64,000 nucleotides of DNA from Candidatus Bathyarchaeota archaeon (GTDB lineage: Archaea; Thermoproteota; Bathyarchaeia; 40CM-2-53-6). Made by a program: the position numbers and the translations under genes. Where the stretch lies: positions 32,001-96,000 of the forward strand of contig CAVPLU010000003.1 in the NCBI GenBank assembly GCA_963706285.1, written 5' to 3'. Numbering within the stretch: position 1 is the stretch's first letter; each line of letters starts with the position of its first letter. The notes under the pieces were generated by a model. That model ran no database searches. It worked only from the letters and a program-made list of their open reading frames with translations, and had not been told where the DNA came from. Below, in pieces: positions 30,718 to 39,590 of the stretch.

Positions 30718-31410
30718 ATGAGCAAGGTATCTGATTCTGAGAAATACATTGCAGAGTTCATCGGCACATTTGTACTGGTTTTCATGGGCTGTGGGAGCGC
30801 TGTAATTGCTGGCAAATTCATAGGCTTCATGGGAATCGCGTTCGCCTTTGGCCTCTCAGTCCTTGTGATGGTTTATGCCATTGGAGGCATTTCCGGATGC
30901 CACATAAATCCCGCCATCTCGATATCGATGCTCGCTTCCGGAAAGATGAAACTGCAGGACACGGTGATCTATGTAGTAGTGCAGTGCATGGGTGCCGTGG
31001 TTGCTGCGGCGTTACTGTACTCAATCGCTATCGGGAATCCGGGATACAGTCTCGCCGTCAATGGTTTGGGTCAGAATGGGTACGGAGAAGCCTCGCCTGG
31101 CGGATTCTCTATGAGTTCCGGATTCATTGCGGAAGTTGTTCTGACGTTCATATTCCTGCTCGTGATCTATGGCTCGACCAGCGAGAGAGCCCCCAAGGGC
31201 TTCGCGGGCCTTTCGATAGGCTTGAGTCTGGTTCTTATCCACCTAGTTGGGATACCGATAACGGGCACATCTGTTAACCCTGCGAGAAGTCTCGGCCCGG
31301 CGATTATGGTCGGAGGTGCTGCTCTGAATCAGCTGTGGCTGTTTTGGGTTGCCCCGATCATCGGAGGGCTTCTCGCCTCATTGGTCTGGCGCATTCTCGA
31401 ATCAAAATGA
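30718..31410 (+). CDS. aqpZ: Aquaporin Z (MIP family)
   Basis: 'ISGCHINPA', 'GTSVNPARS', 'LGQNGYG..SPGG' and 'QLWLFWVAP'. Confidence 0.95.
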   Translation: MSKVSDSEKYIAEFIGTFVLVFMGCGSAVIAGKFIGFMGIAFAFGLSVLVMVYAIGGISGCHINPAISISMLASGKMKLQDTVIYVVVQCMGAVVAAALLYSIAIGNPGYSLAVNGLGQNGYGEASPGGFSMSSGFIAEVVLTFIFLLVIYGSTSERAPKGFAGLSIGLSLVLIHLVGIPITGTSVNPARSLGPAIMVGGAALNQLWLFWVAPIIGGLLASLVWRILESK

Positions 31411-31454
31411 GAAAGCACGAGACCTGAAGCGTACTTGAAATCCCATCAATCTCC

Positions 31455-31550
31455 ATGGGTTGCTCTACTTCGTGCAGCCTCGGTGATCTGAATCGTCGTT
31501 CTGTCGATTTGTGTGTAGGTCACATGTGCGGAGGTCCGAGCATGGGTCGT
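31455..31550 (-). repeat. Tandem copy of intergenic repeat family
   Basis: Minus strand reads CCGCACATGTGACCTACACACAAAT...AACGACGATTCAGATCACCGAGGCTGCACGAAG. Confidence 0.75.
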
Positions 31551-31613
31551 AAGGACGTGTGGTCTCCTTAAGCTAGACTTCGCCGTACTAAGTGTTGATA
31601 CGGGTGATTCACT

Positions 31614-32030
31614 ATGGACGCGACGGCGACTAATTCGCATCTCAAAATTCACCTAATCACACACCCGCTCAGACAGAACCCGGCAACATTTGTCTCCGGG
31701 ATACTCTTGCTCGCGGTATTTGTCAGCTTAGCCTCACTAGTCTTACCATCGGTTACCGTGCCAACTTTCAGAACCGAAACTATCACTATCTCAGGAGTTC
31801 TAGTAGTATTTCCAGGATACATCTCTACAACATCCGACAACTCAACACTGTTCTACAAAGTCCCAATGACGAATACAGTCACGGTTACAAGCGAAGTAAT
31901 CTATTCAGGCTTCACGACAATACCGATGTACACTGCTTTCGGTTTGAGTGACGCACAGTTCATGCTTCTGGGGATATTGATGGTCACACTAGGGTTGTCC
32001 GGAGCAGTACTGTTGAGGCGGGCGAAATAG
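31614..32030 (+). CDS. Hypothetical protein with N- and C-terminal TM helices
   Basis: Thr-rich middle region and a terminal TM followed by RRAK. Confidence 0.5.
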   Translation: MDATATNSHLKIHLITHPLRQNPATFVSGILLLAVFVSLASLVLPSVTVPTFRTETITISGVLVVFPGYISTTSDNSTLFYKVPMTNTVTVTSEVIYSGFTTIPMYTAFGLSDAQFMLLGILMVTLGLSGAVLLRRAK

Positions 32031-32184
32031 AGATCGAGATACCACGACACGAGATGCGGTCATACACTAGAGACCAACGAGATGAAGAAGGTCACATCTC
32101 GTTTAGCAATAGTTCTATCATGGCCTTTGGTGTCACGTCTCTGTTGTTCATTTGGTGCCCGCCAGAACGAAACTCCAGCCTATC

Positions 32185-32625
32185 TCACCTGGACTTCGCG
32201 TAGACTCTCTCGAGACGTGTTGCCACCACTACCAGAGCCAGAGCGAAGATCAGCCAAGGGAAATGAAACACGTACTCAACTAAGGCGAGGTAGACGAAGT
32301 TGGGCGATGCAGCCCCCGACATATGAGCGCCATCGTGAACCCAGTTGAGAACGCTGAACCATGTTGCGATGAAGAATAGCACGAGCAGTGACCCGCGAAT
32401 CTCTTTCGGCCATTTCGAATAGTTCAACGCAAGGTAGATCAGCAACGCGATACCAACGCCAAAGGCTAGAGCATCCCAGAAGCTCAGAAACATGAACGCT
32501 GGAAGCAGCGACATCGGCGGCATATCCGTTGACGGAAATACCATGTTCTTGGCAAAAAATATCACGACGGTCAATGCGGCAGCAACCACTATCAAACCAA
32601 TTGTAGTTACGCGCAAATTGCACAC
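32185..32625 (-). CDS. Hypothetical membrane protein (4 TM, His-containing)
   Basis: Hydrophobic ORF with 'W.HD..H' and 'EYVFH'. Confidence 0.6.
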   Translation of the reverse strand: MCNLRVTTIGLIVVAAALTVVIFFAKNMVFPSTDMPPMSLLPAFMFLSFWDALAFGVGIALLIYLALNYSKWPKEIRGSLLVLFFIATWFSVLNWVHDGAHMSGAASPNFVYLALVEYVFHFPWLIFALALVVVATRLERVYAKSR

Positions 32626-32699
32626 CTAGATGTGGTGTGCTGGCTGAGATTCTTACGCCTTGACATTGACAGATCCACTGAGTTCTCGCTGATTTCTTT

Positions 32700-32780
32700 G
32701 TCTTGACGACGAAAATGAGGGTTCAAATTTAGACGCTCGCGCTATGGGGCTCGCATGCACAAAACAAACGAAAACGTCAA
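32700..32780 (+). repeat. Copy of intergenic repeat family
   Basis: GACGACGAAAATGAGGGTTCAAATTTAGACGCTCGCGCTATGGGGCTCGCATGCACAAAA. Confidence 0.8.
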
Positions 32781-33344
32781 GGGAGGACGACTCAGATAAC
32801 GACGACCGCGCTAAGCGAAATCGCCGCATGTCTTCTATCTAGTAGTTGTCGTCAGTAGACCTTTTCCGTGCTCTATATATCGCCCATGGTCTTATTGTGT
32901 TGTTGAGGCAACTAGCTCTTGAAGACCCAGAAGTGCTACGAGGTTGACATCGAAATTGGTGCGAGATGCGCGTTCCTCGCAGGAAACAAGGCAGCTGCCA
33001 AAGCTCGAATCAAGAGACACATGCGAAGACTTCTCGGAAAACGACCGATCTACGCCTACAGGATAAGAATCGAAAAGATCACAGAGACCAAACTGAGAAA
33101 GTGAGTCTCCGTAGCCTAGTGCGGAGAATTTCGGTTGTGTTCTCATGCAATTCACAAATCTACAACATGTGTGCGCACTGGCTATCCGTCGTCGCTCATG
33201 AGACACACGCGCAAGAAGAGACTGTCATAGATCGTTTCCTGTTCTTGATTGCAGGCGCGTCGATCCTTTTTACAGTCTGGAGAATATGCAAGCAGGGATA
33301 GGGTTCCCTTAGCCCGGGTCAGGCCCTCCAGGTTCTCCTCGTCC

Positions 33345-33425
33345 AAAGCGGGCTCTACAGGGCGCGAGCATGGCAATTTGAACTGTCGTTAGGGGTTGTT
33401 TTGTGTGTGCGTGCCAAACGATCCT
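33345..33425 (-). repeat. Inverted-pair copy of intergenic repeat family
   Basis: Minus strand reads GGATCGTTTGGCACGCACACACAAAACAACCCCTAACGACAGTTCAAATTGCCATGCTCGCGCCC. Confidence 0.8.
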
Positions 33426-33505
33426 TCATGTCTACATTAGGCTATGCTGTTTTCAGAGTTTGGTCTTAAATATCAGTATTCGACCTTTATGATATTGAAT
33501 GTCTT

Positions 33506-33889
33506 ATGTTCTGTCCTAAATGTGGCGGCAAGAATGAGGATAATGCAACGTTTTGCGTGAGTTGTGGAGCCCAGTTGAGTAAGTCTGCTCAACCTTCGCC
33601 TGTGCAGCCTCTTAATGTTCCACCTCCAAGTGGGGAAAAGAGTGCTGTGATTGCAGCGATCTTGAACTTCTTCTTTCCAGGTATCGGTTACTGGTACTGG
33701 GGATATCAGAAGGTTGTGACTGTCCCACCGGTGCTATTGTTCATAATTGTTATCGTAGTTGAAGTTCTCATTTGGACGTTTGCTTGGTTCTTTGCAGGCA
33801 TTATCCAATTTGCCATTAGCGCATTCTTTGCATACGATCTCTACGTGAAGACGACAGGTCAACGAGGCTGGATAGAAGCCAGCAAGTAA
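33506..33889 (+). CDS. Zinc-ribbon plus TM2-like membrane protein
   Basis: 'MFCPKCG...FCVSCG' and 'KSAVIAAILNFFFPGIGYWY'. Confidence 0.8.
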   Translation: MFCPKCGGKNEDNATFCVSCGAQLSKSAQPSPVQPLNVPPPSGEKSAVIAAILNFFFPGIGYWYWGYQKVVTVPPVLLFIIVIVVEVLIWTFAWFFAGIIQFAISAFFAYDLYVKTTGQRGWIEASK

Positions 33890-33919
33890 TCCCCGAGACT
33901 TGCATCAGACACCGAGGCA

Positions 33920-33957
33920 TACGTGTGCGCGGGTCACTTTGTGCGCATACACAAGTC
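33920..33957 (+). repeat. Hairpin core of intergenic repeat family between convergent genes
   Basis: GTGTGCGCGGGTCACTTTGTGCGCATACACAAG. Confidence 0.75.
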
Positions 33958-34602
33958 TTAGTGCTGTTGGGATGTGCGGACTCGCAATATCTTGAATGCG
34001 AACTGAACCGCAGGGCCGATGGCAAACGCAGAAACTATTGTTCCCACCCAAAAAGGTCCACCAAGTAGCCATCCTACGAGAACTGTAGCTGACTCAAGGA
34101 GCGTACGCGACCATCGGAGGCTCATCTTGCCTATTCGTGACAGAGCAAGCATCAGGCTGTCTCGCGGACCCGCTCCAGCATCTACCCCTACATATACTGC
34201 GGTTCCGAATCCCATGATCAAAGTTCCAAGGAGGAGATACGCGACTTGGACCCAGAGGACGGCAGGGGCGTCGGGCACAAACGGTTTGACCGCGTCAACC
34301 CATACGCCGATGAAAATCATGTTCGTAATCGTGCCCCAGCCCAATGGCTCCCGAAGAATCACGTCCAAGAGCACGACCACGAACCCCACGCCTATGCTGG
34401 CCTGACCAAGAGAGACGGGCAAATGGTAGGTAAGTGCCATATGCAGAACATCCCAAGAACTGAGGCCTAGGTTCGCTTGGACCATCATGTCAATGGACAA
34501 CCCGTATAGCAGGAACCCAATCTGGATCACCAAGAAATCATATGCAAAACGTCTCCAGCCCATCCAATGGAACTTGACGATCTTTCTTGCCACCCGCCTC
34601 AC
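33958..34602 (-). CDS. YczE/YitT family membrane protein
   Basis: 'ANLGLSSWDVLH', 'GAGPRDSLM' and 'GWLLGG...GT...GPAVQ'. Confidence 0.88.
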   Translation of the reverse strand: MRRVARKIVKFHWMGWRRFAYDFLVIQIGFLLYGLSIDMMVQANLGLSSWDVLHMALTYHLPVSLGQASIGVGFVVVLLDVILREPLGWGTITNMIFIGVWVDAVKPFVPDAPAVLWVQVAYLLLGTLIMGFGTAVYVGVDAGAGPRDSLMLALSRIGKMSLRWSRTLLESATVLVGWLLGGPFWVGTIVSAFAIGPAVQFAFKILRVRTSQQH

Positions 34603-34771
34603 CGGAAGCTAATGGCCGCGTCTTCAATTTCAGAAGTATAGAAAGATGCCTCAGTCACTGCGTATGTGTTCATAATTTTGTGTGCAATACTTCGCGCGAC
34701 AACAAAACGCGCCTCTCAATATGCCGGCCGAGTAGCTCTCTTCTCGTTACCGCCAGCAAGCAAAATTTGTC

Positions 34772-35464
34772 TCAGAAAGTCATGTTGGGAACCTGCACCG
34801 GAATCAGGTGCCCGAACAGTTCAGGCAGGTAGACGTAGTCTGCGTCCGGAGGAATCCTTCCTACCACGCTGAACGGGATCCCACTCATATCGAGTATTCT
34901 CAGCAGCGGAGAGTTGTATGGGCCCGGTTTTGCTGCAAGATGCTGGAGCCATTTGCGTGAGATCTCAACTTCGGAGTCCAGCATTCCGTTTAGGAATCCG
35001 CGAATATGCCATTCTAGCAGGCTTGTGAGGGGTCTTGACAGCCCAAACTTTTGTCCAGTCTTCCATTCTTGGAAGATCGGACGTGTGAACCCTGCTCGTT
35101 GGAGTATCGCGGTGAGGAGAGGAAAATGCTCTGGGTGGACTTGCACGCCAGTTAGACTTGCGAGAGCCGCATCTGTTGAACAGGTCATATTGGCGTCAAG
35201 CAGGCTTGTTCTGACATGGCATCTTATGGTTTGCCAGCCCAGTATTTTAGCTGCTTCGAGTCTGTGGGTTCCGAACACGACCTCATATCGGCCGTCATTT
35301 AGTGGTTCACTTACCAAGATCGGCTCGAACTGCCCCACCGCCATCATGGACTCTGCTAGTTCAGCTATTTTCGCGAAGTCCACAGGTCCCAGAGGTCTAA
35401 GGAGGAGGAGCCTGCTGGGATGGATCTGACGAATCGGAATATCTAGTATTTGGTCTGGGCCCAT
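34772..35464 (-). CDS. ParB/Srx N-terminal domain protein with unknown C-terminal domain
   Basis: 'IAELAESM...GQFEPILV...YEVVFGTHRLEAAKILGWQTI'. Confidence 0.8.
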   Translation of the reverse strand: MGPDQILDIPIRQIHPSRLLLLRPLGPVDFAKIAELAESMMAVGQFEPILVSEPLNDGRYEVVFGTHRLEAAKILGWQTIRCHVRTSLLDANMTCSTDAALASLTGVQVHPEHFPLLTAILQRAGFTRPIFQEWKTGQKFGLSRPLTSLLEWHIRGFLNGMLDSEVEISRKWLQHLAAKPGPYNSPLLRILDMSGIPFSVVGRIPPDADYVYLPELFGHLIPVQVPNMTF

Positions 35465-35828
35465 TGCTACAACTAGCCTTCAACGTGCTCGGTTGAGTGT
35501 CAGTTCAGTCCGGATTGTTATCTTACTGGATTCATAGCTCTTCCTTTGAACGATTGATGCATGCAACAGCAGTGTGCATATGCGGCGTTCATAACGAACC
35601 GGGTTTCACGACAATTGTGAAGGAGGCGCTGCTTCTTCGGCTTTCGCCTTGTTTCTACGCCAGAATATTGGATGCGAGAATGGACGGAACGGATCTTTCT
35701 TGAGGTGTTGTACTGGTACTGTAGCGACGAGCGTTTCGCACTTAAGTGCAGAAACGCTGTCGCTACACGTACGCATACGTTTCAGATCGTGTGGTTCTGA
35801 TAGTAGTCCTAGGTATGCAAATCTTCGC

Positions 35829-36651
35829 TTAGGCAGACCAGAAAGCCGCTCCAGCGAGCGTCGAACGTTTTGCCTTCCCAAGTTTCTCAAGTTGTTCCAA
35901 TTTGAGACGAGCCTTGTTCGAGGGAAGCGCAAATACGCGTTCGACTTCGACGAGGCTTGTTGGTCCTTGCTGCTTCAAGTAAGCGAGGATATCAGTCGGC
36001 TTCGTCTTCTTGAGTTTCCCGTCCGCAAGATAGTCGATGGCGCTCTCCATTACGGACGGCTGGAACTTCTGGTCCAAATAGATGGTGCGGCCGTGTCCAT
36101 CAGTCACGGCGACGTTGTAGAATCCAACATGGACAGGTGGCGCGTCCTCGCCCTGTTTTTCAAGGTCGGCTTTGAGGCTTTCTTGGTCGGCCCAATCATG
36201 TTTGAATCTTGTTACGTCTAGTCCAGCCTCTTTCACCGCTTCAAGAATCTTCACATTGTCAGTAACGTCTTGTTCTTCGACAATGTTTCGTCGCAAAAGC
36301 GCACGGTATAGGCGGTGCCCTTTCTCGTGGCTTTGACGAATCCCTGCCATTACAGCCAGCGTGGCAGGCAAGAGATTCTTGGGCATCTGGTCGAAATCAT
36401 AGTTGAGGTGCATGGGTACGCCCATGATCTCTTGTGATTCCTTCGCCCACTTGATCATGCCAGCATCGTCGAGTTCGTACTCCTTCTTGTACTCCTCGAC
36501 ATCCTCGTACACCGTGCCGTAGAAGGTTACGAGGTTAATTTGGTCGCCGTAGACCAGCTTCAAGCGATTGAAGACGGGCTCATAGCCCCACGACCACCAG
36601 CATGTAGGCGCTGTGAAGTGGACGACAGCGATACGATGGTCTATGACTCAT
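35829..36651 (-). CDS. DsbA/YjbH-like thioredoxin-fold protein with C-terminal wHTH-like region (5' frameshift)
   Basis: In-frame sequence upstream of the listed ORF reads 'VHFTAPTCWWSWGYEP' (CxxS), followed by a DsbA-like helical insert. Confidence 0.7.
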
Positions 36652-36708
36652 CCTGAACCCAACCTAAGGAAGCATCTTCGTGCCAAATCAAAGCTTGAAT
36701 GATGGATC

Positions 36709-36999
36709 TCAAAGGGTGCTGGTATCGATTTCTTCTAAGAAGAACACTGTGGGCTGGTCGACGACTCCTGCCTTCTTCATGAGTTCTGCGAGACTCGGGT
36801 CGGAGAACATTGGTTTGGCTTTATCCAGGTCTGCGCATTCGAAAATGATAACGACTTCATTCCTGTCATGTTTGTTGCGCGTTAGCTGCCAGCTAGTGAA
36901 ACCTGCGTCACGTTGACGCTTAGCATCGCCGACGAAGAATGGCTTCCACGCGGCAAGATCCCGGACTTTGTGTCGAACAATGACTTTTCCCTTGTTCAT
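36709..36999 (-). CDS. Dimeric alpha-beta barrel (cyclase/ABM-like) small protein
   Basis: 'VRHKVRD..AWK..F...AELMKKAGVVDQP'. Confidence 0.75.
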   Translation of the reverse strand: MNKGKVIVRHKVRDLAAWKPFFVGDAKRQRDAGFTSWQLTRNKHDRNEVVIIFECADLDKAKPMFSDPSLAELMKKAGVVDQPTVFFLEEIDTSTL

Positions 37000-37277
37000 C
37001 CGAAGAATTCCTCCGGAGTAACGGCGACTTCGTAAGTGTCAGGTACAAATGGTAGACTCAGTTTTGCCATTTCAGCGTAGAATATTCTCCCAGCCTCGTT
37101 AAGTCGCTCATACTTGTCCACGTGGAATATGAAGAGGAGCGTGCTCTGCTGAGGAAAGAATGGTCCTTCAATCTTTCCGCCGATCTTGGATTCAATCTTC
37201 GAATTGATCTCTCTCATCTTCTTCAAGTCGTTCTGTAGGTCGTCGCCTTGGTAATCGAGTCTAACCAGTATGATCAT
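36996..37277 (-). CDS. Hypothetical protein (ferredoxin-like alpha/beta pattern)
   Basis: 93-aa ORF whose stop overlaps the downstream start. Confidence 0.65.
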   Translation of the reverse strand: MIILVRLDYQGDDLQNDLKKMREINSKIESKIGGKIEGPFFPQQSTLLFIFHVDKYERLNEAGRIFYAEMAKLSLPFVPDTYEVAVTPEEFFG

Positions 37278-37286
37278 GCGATCTCA

Positions 37287-37469
37287 CTACTTTGCTGGCT
37301 TGAGGTGCGTCAAAGCCTCTGCTCTTGAGATTCCTTGAGGATAATCCGCTTTGTGGACGCGTTCTACGTGCATCTGAGCCACTGCCACAGCGTCGTCTTC
37401 ACCGTGCGGAGTAACGAAGCTGAAGCCACAAGGACATTCCATACTTAGTTTGGTTGCCAAATCCATCAC
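37287..37469 (-). CDS. DUF1059-like small metal-binding protein
   Basis: 'CPCGF......EDD.V..AQ.H....H'. Confidence 0.7.
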   Translation of the reverse strand: MMDLATKLSMECPCGFSFVTPHGEDDAVAVAQMHVERVHKADYPQGISRAEALTHLKPAK

Positions 37470-37685
37470 TACACAAATTCAAGACATGCGTCACGTATAC
37501 TGGTACTTCTTGTAATACCGCACAGAAACTGGACGAATGTCACTCGGGACACAATGCAGATTGTACGTATGGTTACCTATTGTCAGTATTACTGGGTCCC
37601 ATGCTGGGGATTTCGAGGACTCGCACACCTAGCCGAGCACACCTTGCTTCTGGGTGCGGGCACCTTGTGTCCACGTGCAGAGGCT

Positions 37686-38786
37686 TCAGACGGCCCCCCA
37701 GGTGTGCTCGCAGTTGCAGTAGCTTTTCCCGAAGTCATCGTTGTCTACCTTACGATTACGAGTCTTGAACTGGAAATTCGTGACCCTTGCTGGGTACTCG
37801 TTATAGAATATTCCATGCCAAATGGGTCCTATGAGGGGTTGCGATATGTTCCAGCAGCACCTTGCGTAGGTTTCCATCTCTATGTTGAGTTCGCCTTCGT
37901 CGGAGAATGCGTCCACACTGAATATTGGCTGATCATTCTCGTAACGTTTGGTTATTCTGATATCCTGCATGAAATACTCCTTCCCCTCCTCAGGGTCGTA
38001 GAAATTGAGTGTCTTCGAAACCATCTTTTCTCCCCAATCCATCAAGCTCTCGTGTGATATTGACTGCCTAAGCATTGGTATTCCGATATGCGGTAGGAAG
38101 TACTGTAGGTAGGCGCCATTGTCCCATTGTACTGTCGCCCAGTACCAGCAGGGAGTTATCGAGGATATTCGAACTTTCTGGAAATAAGACCTGCCCCTTA
38201 CGGGAGTCTCGGTTTCGCCCATTCGAATTTTTCCCGATGACGAGAGCGCCCTATACTTCAGCATAGAGTATCCCGTCTTTCCAGTGAAGTTCTTCCCTGT
38301 TGACACCAGTTCCGCCATCGGGTCTTTCCATCGCTGCATCGACAGCTCGATTCCAACATTCTCGCTGTCTACGTCCAGCTTGAGATCTGCAGGGCCGCCG
38401 TTGAAGGAATAGGCGCCGTGATCGCTTTCCATTATGATTCGTCCAGAATGGTCGTCCCATTCGGTTTCAGTCCGGCCGTTGTCGATGATAAGAGGATCAT
38501 GCATCTTGTTTCCATCATAGTACCAGGAGGCAACCATTGATTCGAATGTGCTGCGGTTTTCGTTGATCTCTATTGGGATTTTCGGCTCCCAGTGAAAATC
38601 GTTCACGCGGACCTTTCTGCAGTTCCGGGTGCCCCATAGGATCATGAGCTGCTTGGGGAATTCGGGGTTGTCTGGGTTTTCGAAAAAATGAAGCCACCAC
38701 CACCAGTGCCAGGTGCGGTTCTTGAGCATGTTCTTGGGATAAATTTTCCATATATCGTTGAAGACTTTGTGCATTCGATGCTTCAC
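37686..38786 (-). CDS. Uncharacterised Trp-rich beta protein (AttH/tocopherol cyclase-like fold suspected)
   Basis: 366-aa clean ORF with 'WHWWWWLHF', 'G.SYFQKV.....PCWYW' and 'CEHTWG'. Confidence 0.65.
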   Translation of the reverse strand: MKHRMHKVFNDIWKIYPKNMLKNRTWHWWWWLHFFENPDNPEFPKQLMILWGTRNCRKVRVNDFHWEPKIPIEINENRSTFESMVASWYYDGNKMHDPLIIDNGRTETEWDDHSGRIIMESDHGAYSFNGGPADLKLDVDSENVGIELSMQRWKDPMAELVSTGKNFTGKTGYSMLKYRALSSSGKIRMGETETPVRGRSYFQKVRISSITPCWYWATVQWDNGAYLQYFLPHIGIPMLRQSISHESLMDWGEKMVSKTLNFYDPEEGKEYFMQDIRITKRYENDQPIFSVDAFSDEGELNIEMETYARCCWNISQPLIGPIWHGIFYNEYPARVTNFQFKTRNRKVDNDDFGKSYCNCEHTWGAV

Positions 38787-38789
38787 TTT

Positions 38790-39155
38790 TCACTGCTTTT
38801 CCAATCTGAATAGAATGTAAGCCGCGGCAGTCATCCCTAAGAAAAAGTATAAGACTGTAACTTCTATTGGCAAAGTTCCGCGTATCATATAGAACGGAGA
38901 ACCATAGTAATCCCACAGTCGATTTCCAGTTCCATAGAGCTCCCACACAGCATCTGCTACAAAACCGACAACACCAAGCTCCAGGATCACGGGATCCCTG
39001 AACTTGACAAGTCCAGCTATTCCTATGGCACCAAACAGAATCATTAGGAACGTACTCATCCAAATATTTCTGCCCAATTGACTTGCAAGGAAAGTGGAAG
39101 ATATGATGATCAAGGTGATAATCGAGACTGTTGTGACGCTATTCTTGAGCTTCAT
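38790..39155 (-). CDS. Small membrane protein (DUF2878/lycopene-cyclase-domain-like)
   Basis: 4 TM helices with 'WELYG....WDY...LPIE'. Ends 3 bp before the downstream gene. Confidence 0.6.
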   Translation of the reverse strand: MKLKNSVTTVSIITLIIISSTFLASQLGRNIWMSTFLMILFGAIGIAGLVKFRDPVILELGVVGFVADAVWELYGTGNRLWDYYGSPFYMIRGTLPIEVTVLYFFLGMTAAAYILFRLEKQ

Positions 39156-39424
39156 AAGCCGCGTGTAAGCAAGTCGCTGGCTTAAATTTTTGCAGTTTCT
39201 ATGCCCGTGAAAGTTGTGAGATCGACTTTCATCGCACTGCTTGGGGCGTGTGTTCTCAATAGTGTGGAGTCTAGAGCGGAGTCTCTCTCTTGGTGCGTTG
39301 CGCCGAATCATAATGACGCCGGAACAAATATTGGAGAATGGGAATGCCTATTGTGAACAATTCCACTGCTGTAGGACTCAAGAAGGAAATGAAGATCGAC
39401 CTCAAGAACACAGCAGGAGGCGTC

Positions 39425-39590
39425 ACATTCCTGAGTAAAAGGAGTCTCACGAAAGCGGGCTGCAGACTTCGGTCTACCAGGTGATGCAAGGTCGCAAGTC
39501 TTAACTGGAGAGGCTTCATTCTGAAGTAGTGCGCGTGAGTGGGGCCTCCCACCCGTTGCGCTCAACAAACCCCGGAGTAGGGAGGAGAAC
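39425..39590 (+). ncRNA. Candidate structured cis-regulatory RNA leader upstream of QueT-family transporter
   Basis: Consecutive hairpins with GAAA, UUCG and GCAA tetraloops, a closing GCUGC/GUAGU stem, and a final hairpin overlapping the GGAGG ribosome-binding site. Confidence 0.5.

Noticed and set aside
636-33425. tRNA genes at the GGTTCAAAT motifs
   Set aside because: There is no T-stem pairing, D-arm, anticodon arm or acceptor stem. The motif is kept only as a geometry observation.
586-39320. Canonical integron with attC sites
   Set aside because: There are no RYYYAAC/GTTRRRY ends and no intI in the window, and the genes are in mixed orientation with long spacers.
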